DNA of 32,000 nt from Wigglesworthia glossinidia endosymbiont of Glossina brevipalpis (lineage in GTDB: Bacteria; Pseudomonadota; Gammaproteobacteria; Enterobacterales; Enterobacteriaceae). Under the pieces are notes generated by a model. It saw nothing but the letters and a program-made list of their open reading frames with translations, was not told the DNA's origin and made no database searches. Shown here one piece after another: positions 9,892-19,374 of this stretch (positions are counted from its first letter, which is position 1; every line of letters begins with the position of its first letter). The position numbers were made by a program, and so were the translations under genes. Where the stretch lies: NCBI GenBank assembly GCA_000008885.1, contig BA000021.3, positions 90,001-122,000 on the forward strand, given 5' to 3'.

Positions 9892-10899
9892 ATGAAAAAA
9901 AAAATAAATAAAATATTATATTTATTAATATTAATACCTATTTTTTTTTTTAGACTATTTATTTTTGAAAGAGAATCTTTGCACATAAATAATAATGCAT
10001 TAATTACAATAAAGAAAGGTAGCACAATATTAGATTTGAAAAATTTAATGGAAGAAAAAACATTTAATAATCATTTATACTTATTGCCATGGTTAATTAA
10101 ATTATATCCTAAATATAAATACATAAAGGCAGGAACTTATTTTTTAAAAACAGAATATAATATTAAAGACGCTTTAAATATTTTTGTGTTAGGAAAAGAA
10201 AAACAATTTTCTATTACTTTTTTTGAAGGATCAACATTGCAAGATTGTTTAATTATATTAAAAAATTCTCCATATATAGAGCAAGACCTAATAAATGTAA
10301 ATATATACAATTTATCAGAAAAATTAGGGTATAAATACAAATTTCCACTAGAAGGAAGTTTATATCCAGATACTTATTTGTATGTAAAAAATACTAAAGC
10401 TAGTGAAATATTAAAAAGAGCAAAAAGAAATATGGATGTTATTTTAGAAAAAATATGGGACAACAGAGAATATGATTTGCCATATAAAAATTCTCAATCA
10501 TTATTAATTATGGCTTCGATTATCGAAAAAGAAACATCAATAAAAAAAGAACGTGCAATTGTAGCTTCTGTCTTTGTAAATAGATTAAAAAACAAAATGA
10601 AATTGCAATCTGATCCAACTGTTATGTATGGTTTAAGAAATAAAAAAACAATTAATCATAATGATTTGACTATACCTACTAAATACAACACATATATTAT
10701 TAATGGACTGCCTCCTACTCCAATATCAATGCCTGGTTTTGAATCTATTTATGCAGCTGCTCATCCAAAAAAAAGTAATTATTTTTATTTTGTATCTAAT
10801 GGTTACGGCAGTCATATATTTAGCGAAAACTTTAATAATCATAAAAAAGCAATAAAACAATATATAAATAAAAAGGTACAATTTAATGATAAAAAGTAA
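9892..10899 (+). CDS. mltG: Endolytic murein transglycosylase MltG (YceG)
   Basis: It aligns with E. coli MltG along its length ([20 protein letters not shown] vs [20 protein letters not shown]; QSDPTVMYG vs QTDPTVIYG; [14 protein letters not shown] vs YNTYTITGLPPGAI). The track ORF begins at 9853, but the in-frame ATG at 9892 ([14 protein letters not shown], a signal-anchor) fits the E. coli start MKKVLLII. Confidence 0.9.
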   Translation: MKKKINKILYLLILIPIFFFRLFIFERESLHINNNALITIKKGSTILDLKNLMEEKTFNNHLYLLPWLIKLYPKYKYIKAGTYFLKTEYNIKDALNIFVLGKEKQFSITFFEGSTLQDCLIILKNSPYIEQDLINVNIYNLSEKLGYKYKFPLEGSLYPDTYLYVKNTKASEILKRAKRNMDVILEKIWDNREYDLPYKNSQSLLIMASIIEKETSIKKERAIVASVFVNRLKNKMKLQSDPTVMYGLRNKKTINHNDLTIPTKYNTYIINGLPPTPISMPGFESIYAAAHPKKSNYFYFVSNGYGSHIFSENFNNHKKAIKQYINKKVQFNDKK

Positions 10900-11590
10900 G
10901 TTTATAGTAATAGAAGGTTTAGAAGGATCTGGAAAAACTAATGCGATTTCAAAAATAGTTAATTTATTAAATAAGCAAGGAATAAAAAATGTTATTTTCA
11001 CAAGAGAACCTGGAGGCACCCCATTAGCTGAATCACTAAGAACTTTAATAAAGGAAGGAGTAGGTTATGAAAAAATTACTGATAATGCAGAATTATTAAT
11101 GATATATGCAGCTAGAATACAATTAGTAGAAAGTGTAATAAAACCAGCTCTTGAAAATGGATCTTGGGTAGTAGGAGATCGTCATGATTTATCTTCATTA
11201 GCATATCAAGGAGGAGGAAGAAAAATAGATACAAAAATATTAAAAATGTTAAGAGAAGTTTTTTTGAGAGATTTTTATCCAGATTTAACTTTTTATTTAG
11301 ATATTCCACCTATAATGGGATTAGCTAGGATTAGAGCAAGGGCAACCGTAAGAGCTCAAATTAGAGATAAAGTAAATAAAATAAAAAGAAATCATTCTCA
11401 TGATATAAAAAACGCTTTAGATAGAATAGAAGTTGAACCTATTTCCTTTTTTGATAGAACAAGAAAAAAATACAAAGAATTAGCTTCTAAAAATGAAAAA
11501 ATTATAACAATAGATGCAAGCAAATCTTTAGAATTAGTAAATAAAGAAATCAAACACCAATTATTAAAATGGTTGAAAAAACAAATTTAA
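10886..11590 (+). CDS. tmk: Thymidylate kinase (with a lineage-specific insertion of about 23 aa in the LID region)
   Basis: [18 protein letters not shown] resembles E. coli [33 protein letters not shown] is conserved. It is 234 aa against about 213 aa in E. coli. It overlaps mltG by 14 nt. Confidence 0.93.
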
Positions 11591-11593
11591 AAC

Positions 11594-12583
11594 ATGTTAT
11601 ACGAATGGCTTGTAAAACCATATAGAGAAATTATATCTTATTATATAAGATCAAATACATCTTCTGTTATTTTAATACAAAGTAATACAGGATGTGGAAT
11701 AAAAAATCTATATCTTTATATTGTAAAAAGAATTCTATGTTTAAAACCTAATAATTTTATTAGTTGTAATAATTGTAAAAGTTGTAATTTTATTAAAGAA
11801 AATTCACATCCAGATTTTTTTAATATTTTAACTAAAAATTATTTGAAAAATACAATAGGAATAGATGATGTTCGTTTTATTTGCAAAAATTTATTATTAA
11901 ATTCTCATCTAAATAAAGGTAAGGTAATTTTAATAGAAAATCTAGAGAAACTAACTAACCAAGCATCTCATGCATTATTGAAAACATTGGAAGAACCTAC
12001 GATAAAAACATATTTTATATTAGGATGTAAAAATATTTATTGTATTTTGCCTTCAATTATAAGCAGATCTCAAATCTGGAAAGTTATAATAAATAAAAAA
12101 GACAGTCTAAAGTGGTTAGAAAAAAAAGGTCATGATGTAAATTCAAAAAAAGTTATTATTTCTTTAAAACTATGCAACTGGTCTCCAGTTATAGCTAATA
12201 AAATAATTTTATCTAACTTTTGGAAAGAAAGAAAAAAATTAATATTTACTTTAAACAATATATTTTTAAAAAAAGAAATTGCATTTTCTTTATTAGAATA
12301 TTTTAAAAAAATTGATATGTTTTTTTTAATATTAAGATCTCTAATCTTAGACACTATAAAATATAATAGCAATATTATGTTTAATATAATTAATTATGAT
12401 TGTTTTTATCTTATAAAAAACATATCTAAAAATTTTTCTTCTGAATATTTATATGAACAGTGGAAGTTCTTGTTAAATTTTAAAAAATTAAAAAAAGAAA
12501 TACCAAGAATTAACAAAGAAATATTTTTAATAAAAAATATATTAGACTTGCATGAAACTATAATAAAAAGTGGAAATAAATAA
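11594..12583 (+). CDS. holB: DNA polymerase III delta' subunit
   Basis: 329 aa. It has a Cys cluster CNNCKSCNFIKENSHPDF (E. coli CGHCRGCQLMQAGTHPDY), ALLKTLEEP, and the sensor motif SRSQ. Its position after tmk matches E. coli. Confidence 0.9.
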   Translation: MLYEWLVKPYREIISYYIRSNTSSVILIQSNTGCGIKNLYLYIVKRILCLKPNNFISCNNCKSCNFIKENSHPDFFNILTKNYLKNTIGIDDVRFICKNLLLNSHLNKGKVILIENLEKLTNQASHALLKTLEEPTIKTYFILGCKNIYCILPSIISRSQIWKVIINKKDSLKWLEKKGHDVNSKKVIISLKLCNWSPVIANKIILSNFWKERKKLIFTLNNIFLKKEIAFSLLEYFKKIDMFFLILRSLILDTIKYNSNIMFNIINYDCFYLIKNISKNFSSEYLYEQWKFLLNFKKLKKEIPRINKEIFLIKNILDLHETIIKSGNK

Positions 12584-13377
12584 TGTTTTTAATTGATTCT
12601 CATTGTCATCTTGATTTGTTAATTGATAATAATAAATCAAAAAATAATATTGATGATGTAATATGTAATGCAGAAAAAAAAAATGTAAAATTAATACTTT
12701 CAGTATGTATTTCTATTGATGGATTTTTTAGTATGAAGAAAACATTGAATAATAGAAAAAATGTTTTAATGTCTTGTGGAGTACATCCTTTATATATTGA
12801 TGAAAAATATAATTTTAATGTTTTAAAAAATCTTTCTGATAAAAACTATGTTGTAGCTATAGGAGAAACTGGTTTAGATTTTTCACATGGAAAAAAAAAT
12901 ATATATATTCAAAAAAAAGTATTTATAGATCATATCAATATTAGTAAAAAATTAAAAAAACCTATTATAGTACATACTAGAAATTCAGCAAAAGAATCAT
13001 TCAAAATCTTAAAGGAAAAAAATATTTATCAATCTGGATGTATAATACATTGTTTTACAGAAGATAAAAATATAGCAAAAATGTTTTTAGATATAGGATG
13101 TTATATTTCCTTTTCTGGTATTGTGACCTTTAATAATGCGGAATTAATAAGAGAATCTGTAAAATATGTACCACTTGATAGAATTCTAATAGAAACTGAT
13201 TCTCCTTATTTAACCCCAGTTCCTTATAGGGGGAAAAAAAATCAACCTTCTTATTTATTTTTTATTGCTAAATGTATTTCAAAAATAAAAAAAATAAATT
13301 TAGAACAATTTTCTAAAATTACTTCAAATAATTTTAAAAATTTATTTTCAAATATTTCAATAAATATTGAAAATTAA
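12583..13377 (+). CDS. ycfH: TatD-family metal-dependent hydrolase YcfH
   Basis: 264 aa. It has the N-terminal IDSHCHLD metal-binding motif, GETGLDF, and ETDSPYL. It has a TAATG overlap with holB and is syntenic with E. coli ycfH. Confidence 0.9.
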   Translation: MFLIDSHCHLDLLIDNNKSKNNIDDVICNAEKKNVKLILSVCISIDGFFSMKKTLNNRKNVLMSCGVHPLYIDEKYNFNVLKNLSDKNYVVAIGETGLDFSHGKKNIYIQKKVFIDHINISKKLKKPIIVHTRNSAKESFKILKEKNIYQSGCIIHCFTEDKNIAKMFLDIGCYISFSGIVTFNNAELIRESVKYVPLDRILIETDSPYLTPVPYRGKKNQPSYLFFIAKCISKIKKINLEQFSKITSNNFKNLFSNISINIEN

Positions 13378-13419
13378 TTTATAATTATTAATAAATTTTA
13401 AAAATTTAAGGATGTTAAA

Positions 13420-13761
13420 TTGAAAGATAATATTTTTACAAAAATTATTAATAATGAATATCCAGCAGAAATTTTATATAAAAATAAGTATGTAACTGCA
13501 TTTAGAGATATCAATCCTAAAGCTCCAATTCATATCATTATTGTCACAAATGATGTGATACGTACAGTAAACGACATAAAAGAACAACATGCTACAATGT
13601 TGGGTCATTTGTTTATTGCATCTGCAAAAATTGCTAAAAAAGAAAAAATAAATCATGCAGGATATAGATTAATAGTAAATTGTAATAAAGATGGAGGTCA
13701 AGAAATTTATCATTTACATATGCATTTATTAGGCGGGAAAAATCTTGGATGTATATTATGA
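13420..13761 (+). CDS. hinT: HIT-family purine nucleoside phosphoramidase HinT
   Basis: 113 aa. IFTKIINNEYPAEILYKNKYVTAFRDINPKAP resembles E. coli [32 protein letters not shown]. The histidine-triad motif HLHMHLLGG is present. It has a TTG start, with an AAGGA SD ending 7 nt upstream. Confidence 0.92.
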   Translation: MKDNIFTKIINNEYPAEILYKNKYVTAFRDINPKAPIHIIIVTNDVIRTVNDIKEQHATMLGHLFIASAKIAKKEKINHAGYRLIVNCNKDGGQEIYHLHMHLLGGKNLGCIL

Positions 13762-13857
13762 TAAAATTAAATTTTAAAATTATTTAAGTATTTTTTAAAT
13801 AAATAATTTTATAAAAAATAAACTATTTTATTAATAAAAATATTTTAAGAGGTTATT

Positions 13858-15165
13858 TTGAATAAAAATAAAAATTTAAAAAAAATTATTATAGTTGGAG
13901 GTGGAGCTGGAGGTTTAGAATTAGTAACCAAATTAGGTAATAATTTAGGAAAAAAAAAATTAGCAAAAATAATATTAGTTGATAATAACTATATACACTT
14001 ATGGAAACCATGGCTTCATAAATTTGCTTCTGGTTCATTAAACGAAGGTACTAATTATATTAGTTATATATCACATGCTAGAAGTAATTATTTTGAATTC
14101 TGCATAGGGAAAATGATAGGAATAGATAGAAATAGAAAAATAATAATATTAGATGATATATTTGACGAAAATGGAAAACAAGTTTTATGCAAAAGAGAAA
14201 TAAATTATGACATTCTTGTAATATCTGTGGGAAGTAAATCTAATTATTTTAATATACCTGGAGTAAAAGAAAATTGTAATTTTATAGATAATATATATCA
14301 AGCTAAAAAATTTCATAAAAAAATGTTTAACTTATTTTTAAAAATTTCTATCAAACCTGATGAAAATAAAAAAAGTAATATATCTATAGTTGGAGGAGGA
14401 GCTACTGGAGTAGAATTATCAGCTGAATTGATTAATTCTATTGAAGAGTTATACAAATATGGATTTCAAGGATTAAATAAAAACTTAATTGAAATTACAT
14501 TAATAGAAATGGGAGAAAGAATTTTATCATCTCTTCCAAAAAGAATTTCAAATATTGTTGATTCAGAATTAAAAAAAATAGGAATAAAAATAATAACAAA
14601 TACTGCAATTATAAAATGTGATGCTAATGGTTTATTTACTAATAACGGTAGTTATATTGAATCAGATATCATGGTATGGGCGGCAGGAATAAAATCTCAA
14701 AAGTTTAATTCATCAATTGATTTAGAAACAAATAATATTAATCAATTTATAGTAAAAAAAACATTGCAAACTACTTTAGATGAAAAAATTTTTGCAATAG
14801 GTGATTGTTCTTGTTTTTTATTAAAAACAGGAGAATATGTACCACCTAGAGCTCAAGCTGCTCATCAAATGGCTAGATGCGTTTATTTAAACATTTTATT
14901 TTTAATAAAAAATAAAAAATTAAATGATTATGTATATAAAGACTATGGATCTTTAATATCTTTATCTAAATTCAAAACAGTTGGAAGTTTTATGGGAAAT
15001 ATGACAAAAAATTCTATTTTTATAGAAGGAATAATTGCTAAATTAGCATATGTTATGTTATATCGTATGCACCAGATATCAGTTAATGGATGCTTGAAAA
15101 CTAGTTTAATGATTTTATCTACAGGTATAGAAAATATCATTAGCCCCAAACTTAAATTACATTAA
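13858..15165 (+). CDS. ndh: Type II NADH:quinone oxidoreductase (NDH-2)
   Basis: 435 aa. LKKIIIVGGGAGGLE and IVGGGATGVELSAEL are the two dinucleotide-binding folds. The C-terminal ..ISPKLKLH matches E. coli ..IRPRLKLH. It has a TTG start, with an AAGAGG SD ending 5 nt upstream. Confidence 0.95.
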   Translation: MNKNKNLKKIIIVGGGAGGLELVTKLGNNLGKKKLAKIILVDNNYIHLWKPWLHKFASGSLNEGTNYISYISHARSNYFEFCIGKMIGIDRNRKIIILDDIFDENGKQVLCKREINYDILVISVGSKSNYFNIPGVKENCNFIDNIYQAKKFHKKMFNLFLKISIKPDENKKSNISIVGGGATGVELSAELINSIEELYKYGFQGLNKNLIEITLIEMGERILSSLPKRISNIVDSELKKIGIKIITNTAIIKCDANGLFTNNGSYIESDIMVWAAGIKSQKFNSSIDLETNNINQFIVKKTLQTTLDEKIFAIGDCSCFLLKTGEYVPPRAQAAHQMARCVYLNILFLIKNKKLNDYVYKDYGSLISLSKFKTVGSFMGNMTKNSIFIEGIIAKLAYVMLYRMHQISVNGCLKTSLMILSTGIENIISPKLKLH

Positions 15166-15178
15166 TAATAATGAATTT

Positions 15179-17236
15179 TTATTTAATATAATTTAAGAAA
15201 TTTTTTATATAATCGATCTTTTCTTCATGACTTTTAGTTAAATATTTAATTCTTAATTTTGTTTGTGAAATTATTTTATATATTTTAGGATAATTTTTTA
15301 ATAGTCTTATAAAAGATTCGTAATTAATTGAATTGTTTTTATTAAATTCAACAAAACCTCCTTTAAAATTTATATTTATTATTTTTATACCAATAAAATT
15401 GGCTTTTTGTCTTATATAAGCTATTTCGATCAAATAACATACAGATTTTGGAAGTTTTCCGAATTTACTTGTTATTATATTTTTTAAATTATTAATTTCT
15501 GATTTAGTTTCACTAAAAAATTTTTTATAATAAAACAAACGTATAGAAACATCTGGAATATATGAATCAGGAATAAAAGCTGGAATATTTAAATTAACTT
15601 CTGTAAAGTTTTCTTTTATTGTTTCAAGAGATAGCTCTTTTCCAGATTTAATTAATTTTATAGATTTTTTTAAAAGTTTATTATATAAAGATATTCCAAT
15701 AGAATTAATTTTTCCACTTTGTTTAGATCCTAATAGTTCTCCAGATCCTCTTATTTCTAAATCATTTATTGATAAAGAAAATCCAGATCCTAATTTATTT
15801 ATAGAAGAAATTGCTTCTAATCTTTTTTTAGAATTTTCATTTAATGAATTTGATTTAGAAGTAAATAAATAAGCATACGCTTGCCTAAAAGATCTTCCTA
15901 CTCTTCCTCTAAGTTGATTGAGTTGAGCCAATCCAAATTGATTTGCTTTTTCTATTATTATTGTATTTGCATTGGCAATATCAATTCCGGTTTCAATTAT
16001 TGAAGTACATACTAACATATCAAATTTATTTTCTTTAAAATCTTGCATTGTTTTTTTTAATAGATTTTTGCACATTTTCGAATGACTTATTTTTATTCTA
16101 ACTTTTGGCGCTATTTTTTTTAAGATTTTTGAAGTTTCATTTATAGTTGAAATGTTATTATGTAAATAATATATTTGACCTTTTCTAGATAATTCATTTT
16201 TAATAGCTTTTTTTATAATATCTTTGTTATATTCATAAATAAAAGTTTTTACAGGTAGACGATATTTTGGAGGAGTCGATATTATGGATAAATCACGTAA
16301 TCCATTCATTGCCATATTTAATGTTCTTGGTATAGGTGTGGCTGTAAGAGACAATACATCAACTCCAGTTCTTACAGTTTTTATACATTCTTTTTGAGAA
16401 ACTCCAAATCTATGTTCTTCATCTATAATTAATAATCCTAAATCTTTCCAAATAATATCCTTTTGTAAAATTCTATGAGTTCCTATAAGAATGTCTATTT
16501 CTCCAATTAAAATCATTTTTATTACTTTGTTTTGTTCTTTTTTATTTAAAAATCTAGATAAAATTGAAATTTTTATAGGCCATTTTTTAAATCTTAATTT
16601 GAAGTTATCAAAATGTTGTTGAGATAGAAGAGTCGTGGGAGTTAATAAAGATACTTGTTTCTTGTTTTGAATAGCTATAAATGCAGCTCTCATAGCAATT
16701 TCTGTTTTTCCAAACCCTACATCTCCACATATCAATCTATTCATGACTGAACTTTTTTTCATATCATCTATAACTTCTAGAATAGCTTTATTTTGATCTT
16801 GAGTTAGATCAAAATTGCATTCATTGCAAAATAATTTATATTTATTGAATTTTAATTCAAAAGAAAATCCTTTTTTAGACAATCTTTCAGATGCATTGTC
16901 TAATATTTCAACTGCTATATCATTTATTTTTTTTATTATTTTTTTGCTATATTTTTTCCAAGTATCAGATCCAAGTTTATCTAAAATTATTAGATTGGAA
17001 TCATAATTATTTTTTTTATATTTACTTATTAAATGCAAAGAAGTAAAAGGCAAGTACAAAATATCATTTTCAGCATATTGAATAACCATGTATTCATTTT
17101 TTATTCCACTTGTTTCTATAAACTTAGTACCTATATATTTTCCTATACCATGATCAATATGAATAATAAAATCTCCAGATATAAATTCAATATCTGAAGA
17201 AAAATTTTTAACATCTATATTTTTTGTAATATTCAT
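15179..17236 (-). CDS. mfd: Transcription-repair coupling factor Mfd lacking the N-terminal UvrB-homology module (starts at the RNA-polymerase-interaction domain)
   Basis: 685 aa against about 1148 aa in E. coli. Residue 1 aligns to about residue 470 of E. coli Mfd (GDFIIHIDHGIGKYIG vs GQPVVHLEHGVGRYAG). The helicase motifs GDVGFGKTE, DEEHRFG and QLRGRVGR and the C-terminal domain are present. Confidence 0.9.
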   Translation of the reverse strand: MNITKNIDVKNFSSDIEFISGDFIIHIDHGIGKYIGTKFIETSGIKNEYMVIQYAENDILYLPFTSLHLISKYKKNNYDSNLIILDKLGSDTWKKYSKKIIKKINDIAVEILDNASERLSKKGFSFELKFNKYKLFCNECNFDLTQDQNKAILEVIDDMKKSSVMNRLICGDVGFGKTEIAMRAAFIAIQNKKQVSLLTPTTLLSQQHFDNFKLRFKKWPIKISILSRFLNKKEQNKVIKMILIGEIDILIGTHRILQKDIIWKDLGLLIIDEEHRFGVSQKECIKTVRTGVDVLSLTATPIPRTLNMAMNGLRDLSIISTPPKYRLPVKTFIYEYNKDIIKKAIKNELSRKGQIYYLHNNISTINETSKILKKIAPKVRIKISHSKMCKNLLKKTMQDFKENKFDMLVCTSIIETGIDIANANTIIIEKANQFGLAQLNQLRGRVGRSFRQAYAYLFTSKSNSLNENSKKRLEAISSINKLGSGFSLSINDLEIRGSGELLGSKQSGKINSIGISLYNKLLKKSIKLIKSGKELSLETIKENFTEVNLNIPAFIPDSYIPDVSIRLFYYKKFFSETKSEINNLKNIITSKFGKLPKSVCYLIEIAYIRQKANFIGIKIININFKGGFVEFNKNNSINYESFIRLLKNYPKIYKIISQTKLRIKYLTKSHEEKIDYIKNFLNYIK

Positions 17237-17486
17237 TAATATAATTTTTATTTATTTTTTATTTTTAATATAAAAATTTAACAAATATATTTTAAAATAA
17301 ATTAATTTATTAAAACAAATAAATGATAAAAATATAAACTTTTGTTAAAATATTTGATATTTTATATATTAATATTTAATTAAAAAAATAAATTAATTTT
17401 ATTCAAAATTATTTAAATTTTTTTAAATTAAATATTAATAGATTTTACAATATAGATATTTAAATAAAATTCAATACTTTTATAAA

Positions 17487-18692
17487 ATGTATAAACCAGT
17501 TTTTTTGTATATAGGTATAAGATACATTATATGTAACTCATTTAATAAATATAATAAATTTACTTCTTGGATATCTTTTTTAAGTATAGTAATTGGAACT
17601 TCTTCATTAATATTAATTACTTCTGTTATACAAGGATTCGAGTTAGATTTAGAAAAGTATATGTTAAAATTTATACCTCATGTAATTTTATATAGCAATG
17701 ATAATTTTTATGAAAAAAAAAATAGAATTAAATATGAATTAAATAAAAATTGTAGTGAAATTAACCAAGTATCTGAATTTATATCGACTAATGTTATTAT
17801 ACAAAGTAATTATAACTTAAATTATGGAAATGTTTTTGGAGTAAATATAGAAGATGAAGATCAATTTTTGAATAGTATAGGAAAAAAAAAAATAGAAAAA
17901 TTATTACCAGATCAATATGGAATAATATTGGGATACGAATTAGCAAAATCTTTAAATGTATACAAAAATAGCAAAATAAGAATGATTTTTATAGAAAAAA
18001 ATAATTTTACTATATTAGGACCTGTTCCAACTCAAAGAGTTTTTACAGTAATTGATATATTTCATACAAACAGCGAAGTAGATCAATACCAAATATTGAT
18101 GAATAAAAAAGATCTAAAAAAAATTATGAAAAATAATTTTGAATATAAATATAATTGGAGATTATGGTTAAAACATCCATTAGAAATAAATAAATCTTGC
18201 ATTATCTCTTGTTTTCCTGGTAATTATAATTACAAAGATTGGAGAGAAGACAAAGGAGATTTATTTAATGCTATCAATATAGAAAAAAATGTTATGTTTT
18301 TATTTTTGAGCTTGATAATAATATTATCAATATTTAATATATTCATATCTATTTCTATAGAAATTATACAAAAAAAGAAAGAAATTGCTATTCTTAAAAC
18401 TTATGGTTTTAATAAAATTAGTATATTTTTTACTTTTATTATTTATGGTTCTTTAATAAGTATTATTGGAACAATAATAGGAACTATATTAGGAGTATTT
18501 ATTTCTTCAAATTTAAACAATATTTTGTTTAAATTAAACATTATTAATGACTTTATTTTTTTTCCAAAAATAAATTATTTTTATATATTTAAAATTAACT
18601 TATTTTTTATTATTTTTACTATTATTTCTATAATATACCCTTCTTATAAAGCTGTTATGATTAATTCTTCAAAAACTCTTAAATATGAATAA
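17487..18692 (+). CDS. lolC: Lipoprotein-release ABC transporter permease LolC
   Basis: 401 aa. MYKPVFLYIGIRYI resembles E. coli LolC MYQPVALFIGLRYM. It has a MacB/FtsX-type permease layout with a periplasmic loop and hydrophobic helices at the C-terminus. Confidence 0.9.
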   Translation: MYKPVFLYIGIRYIICNSFNKYNKFTSWISFLSIVIGTSSLILITSVIQGFELDLEKYMLKFIPHVILYSNDNFYEKKNRIKYELNKNCSEINQVSEFISTNVIIQSNYNLNYGNVFGVNIEDEDQFLNSIGKKKIEKLLPDQYGIILGYELAKSLNVYKNSKIRMIFIEKNNFTILGPVPTQRVFTVIDIFHTNSEVDQYQILMNKKDLKKIMKNNFEYKYNWRLWLKHPLEINKSCIISCFPGNYNYKDWREDKGDLFNAINIEKNVMFLFLSLIIILSIFNIFISISIEIIQKKKEIAILKTYGFNKISIFFTFIIYGSLISIIGTIIGTILGVFISSNLNNILFKLNIINDFIFFPKINYFYIFKINLFFIIFTIISIIYPSYKAVMINSSKTLKYE

Positions 18693-19374
18693 TATGGTTT
18701 TATTAAAATGTAAAAATGTTACAAAAACATACAAAACAAATAAAAAAAAAATTATTATATTAAATAATATTAATCTATCTATTTATAATTCAGAAACTAT
18801 ATCAATAATTGGAGATTCTGGATCGGGGAAAAGTACTTTATTATATTTACTTAGCGGATTAGATAATCCTACTACAGGAAAAATAACGTTCAAAGGAAAA
18901 GAAATAAATAAATTATCTTCTTCAGATCGTTCTTATTTAAGAAATAAAAATTTTGGATTTATTTATCAGTTTCATCATCTTCTTACAGACTTTTCTGTAT
19001 TGGAGAATGTAGCTATGCCAGCTTTGATTGGAAATTTTAGTGTAAAACATGCTAAAAATTTAGCTTATAAATTATTATTAGAAGTTGGATTAAAAAATAG
19101 AATAAACCATAAACCTAGTGAAATTTCTGGAGGAGAAAGGCAAAGAGCAGCAATTGCAAGATCTTTAATAAATAATCCAAAAATAGTTTTTGCAGATGAA
19201 CCTACAGGAAATTTAGATAATACATCTTCTAAAAAATTTTTTTGTTTGTTAAAAAAAGTTAATGTAGAAAAAAAAACTGCATTTTTAGTTGTTACTCATA
19301 ATATTAAATTAGCAAAAAAATTAGATAAAACATTAGAGATTAAAAATGGAAAATTATACAAAAAAAATTTATAA
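18685..19374 (+). CDS. lolD: Lipoprotein-release ABC transporter ATPase LolD
   Basis: 229 aa. It has Walker A GDSGSGKST, signature ISGGERQR, and Walker B VFADEPTGNLD. It overlaps lolC by 8 nt. Confidence 0.93.
   Translation: MNNMVLLKCKNVTKTYKTNKKKIIILNNINLSIYNSETISIIGDSGSGKSTLLYLLSGLDNPTTGKITFKGKEINKLSSSDRSYLRNKNFGFIYQFHHLLTDFSVLENVAMPALIGNFSVKHAKNLAYKLLLEVGLKNRINHKPSEISGGERQRAAIARSLINNPKIVFADEPTGNLDNTSSKKFFCLLKKVNVEKKTAFLVVTHNIKLAKKLDKTLEIKNGKLYKKNL

Noticed and set aside
10726-11019. 97-aa minus-strand ORF spanning the mltG/tmk junction. Similar short antisense ORFs occur at 100-288, 6529-6729, 9461-9661, 10137-10340, 11112-11309, 12130-12372, 13474-13656, 14943-15149, 16815-17006, 21833-22030, 23108-23293, 24733-24978, 25720-25959, 29171-29377, 30059-30244 and 31617-31868
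   Set aside because: All are embedded antisense in strongly conserved genes, and 31617-31868 also covers the smpB 5' end. All are low complexity and lack start context. They are shadow ORFs.
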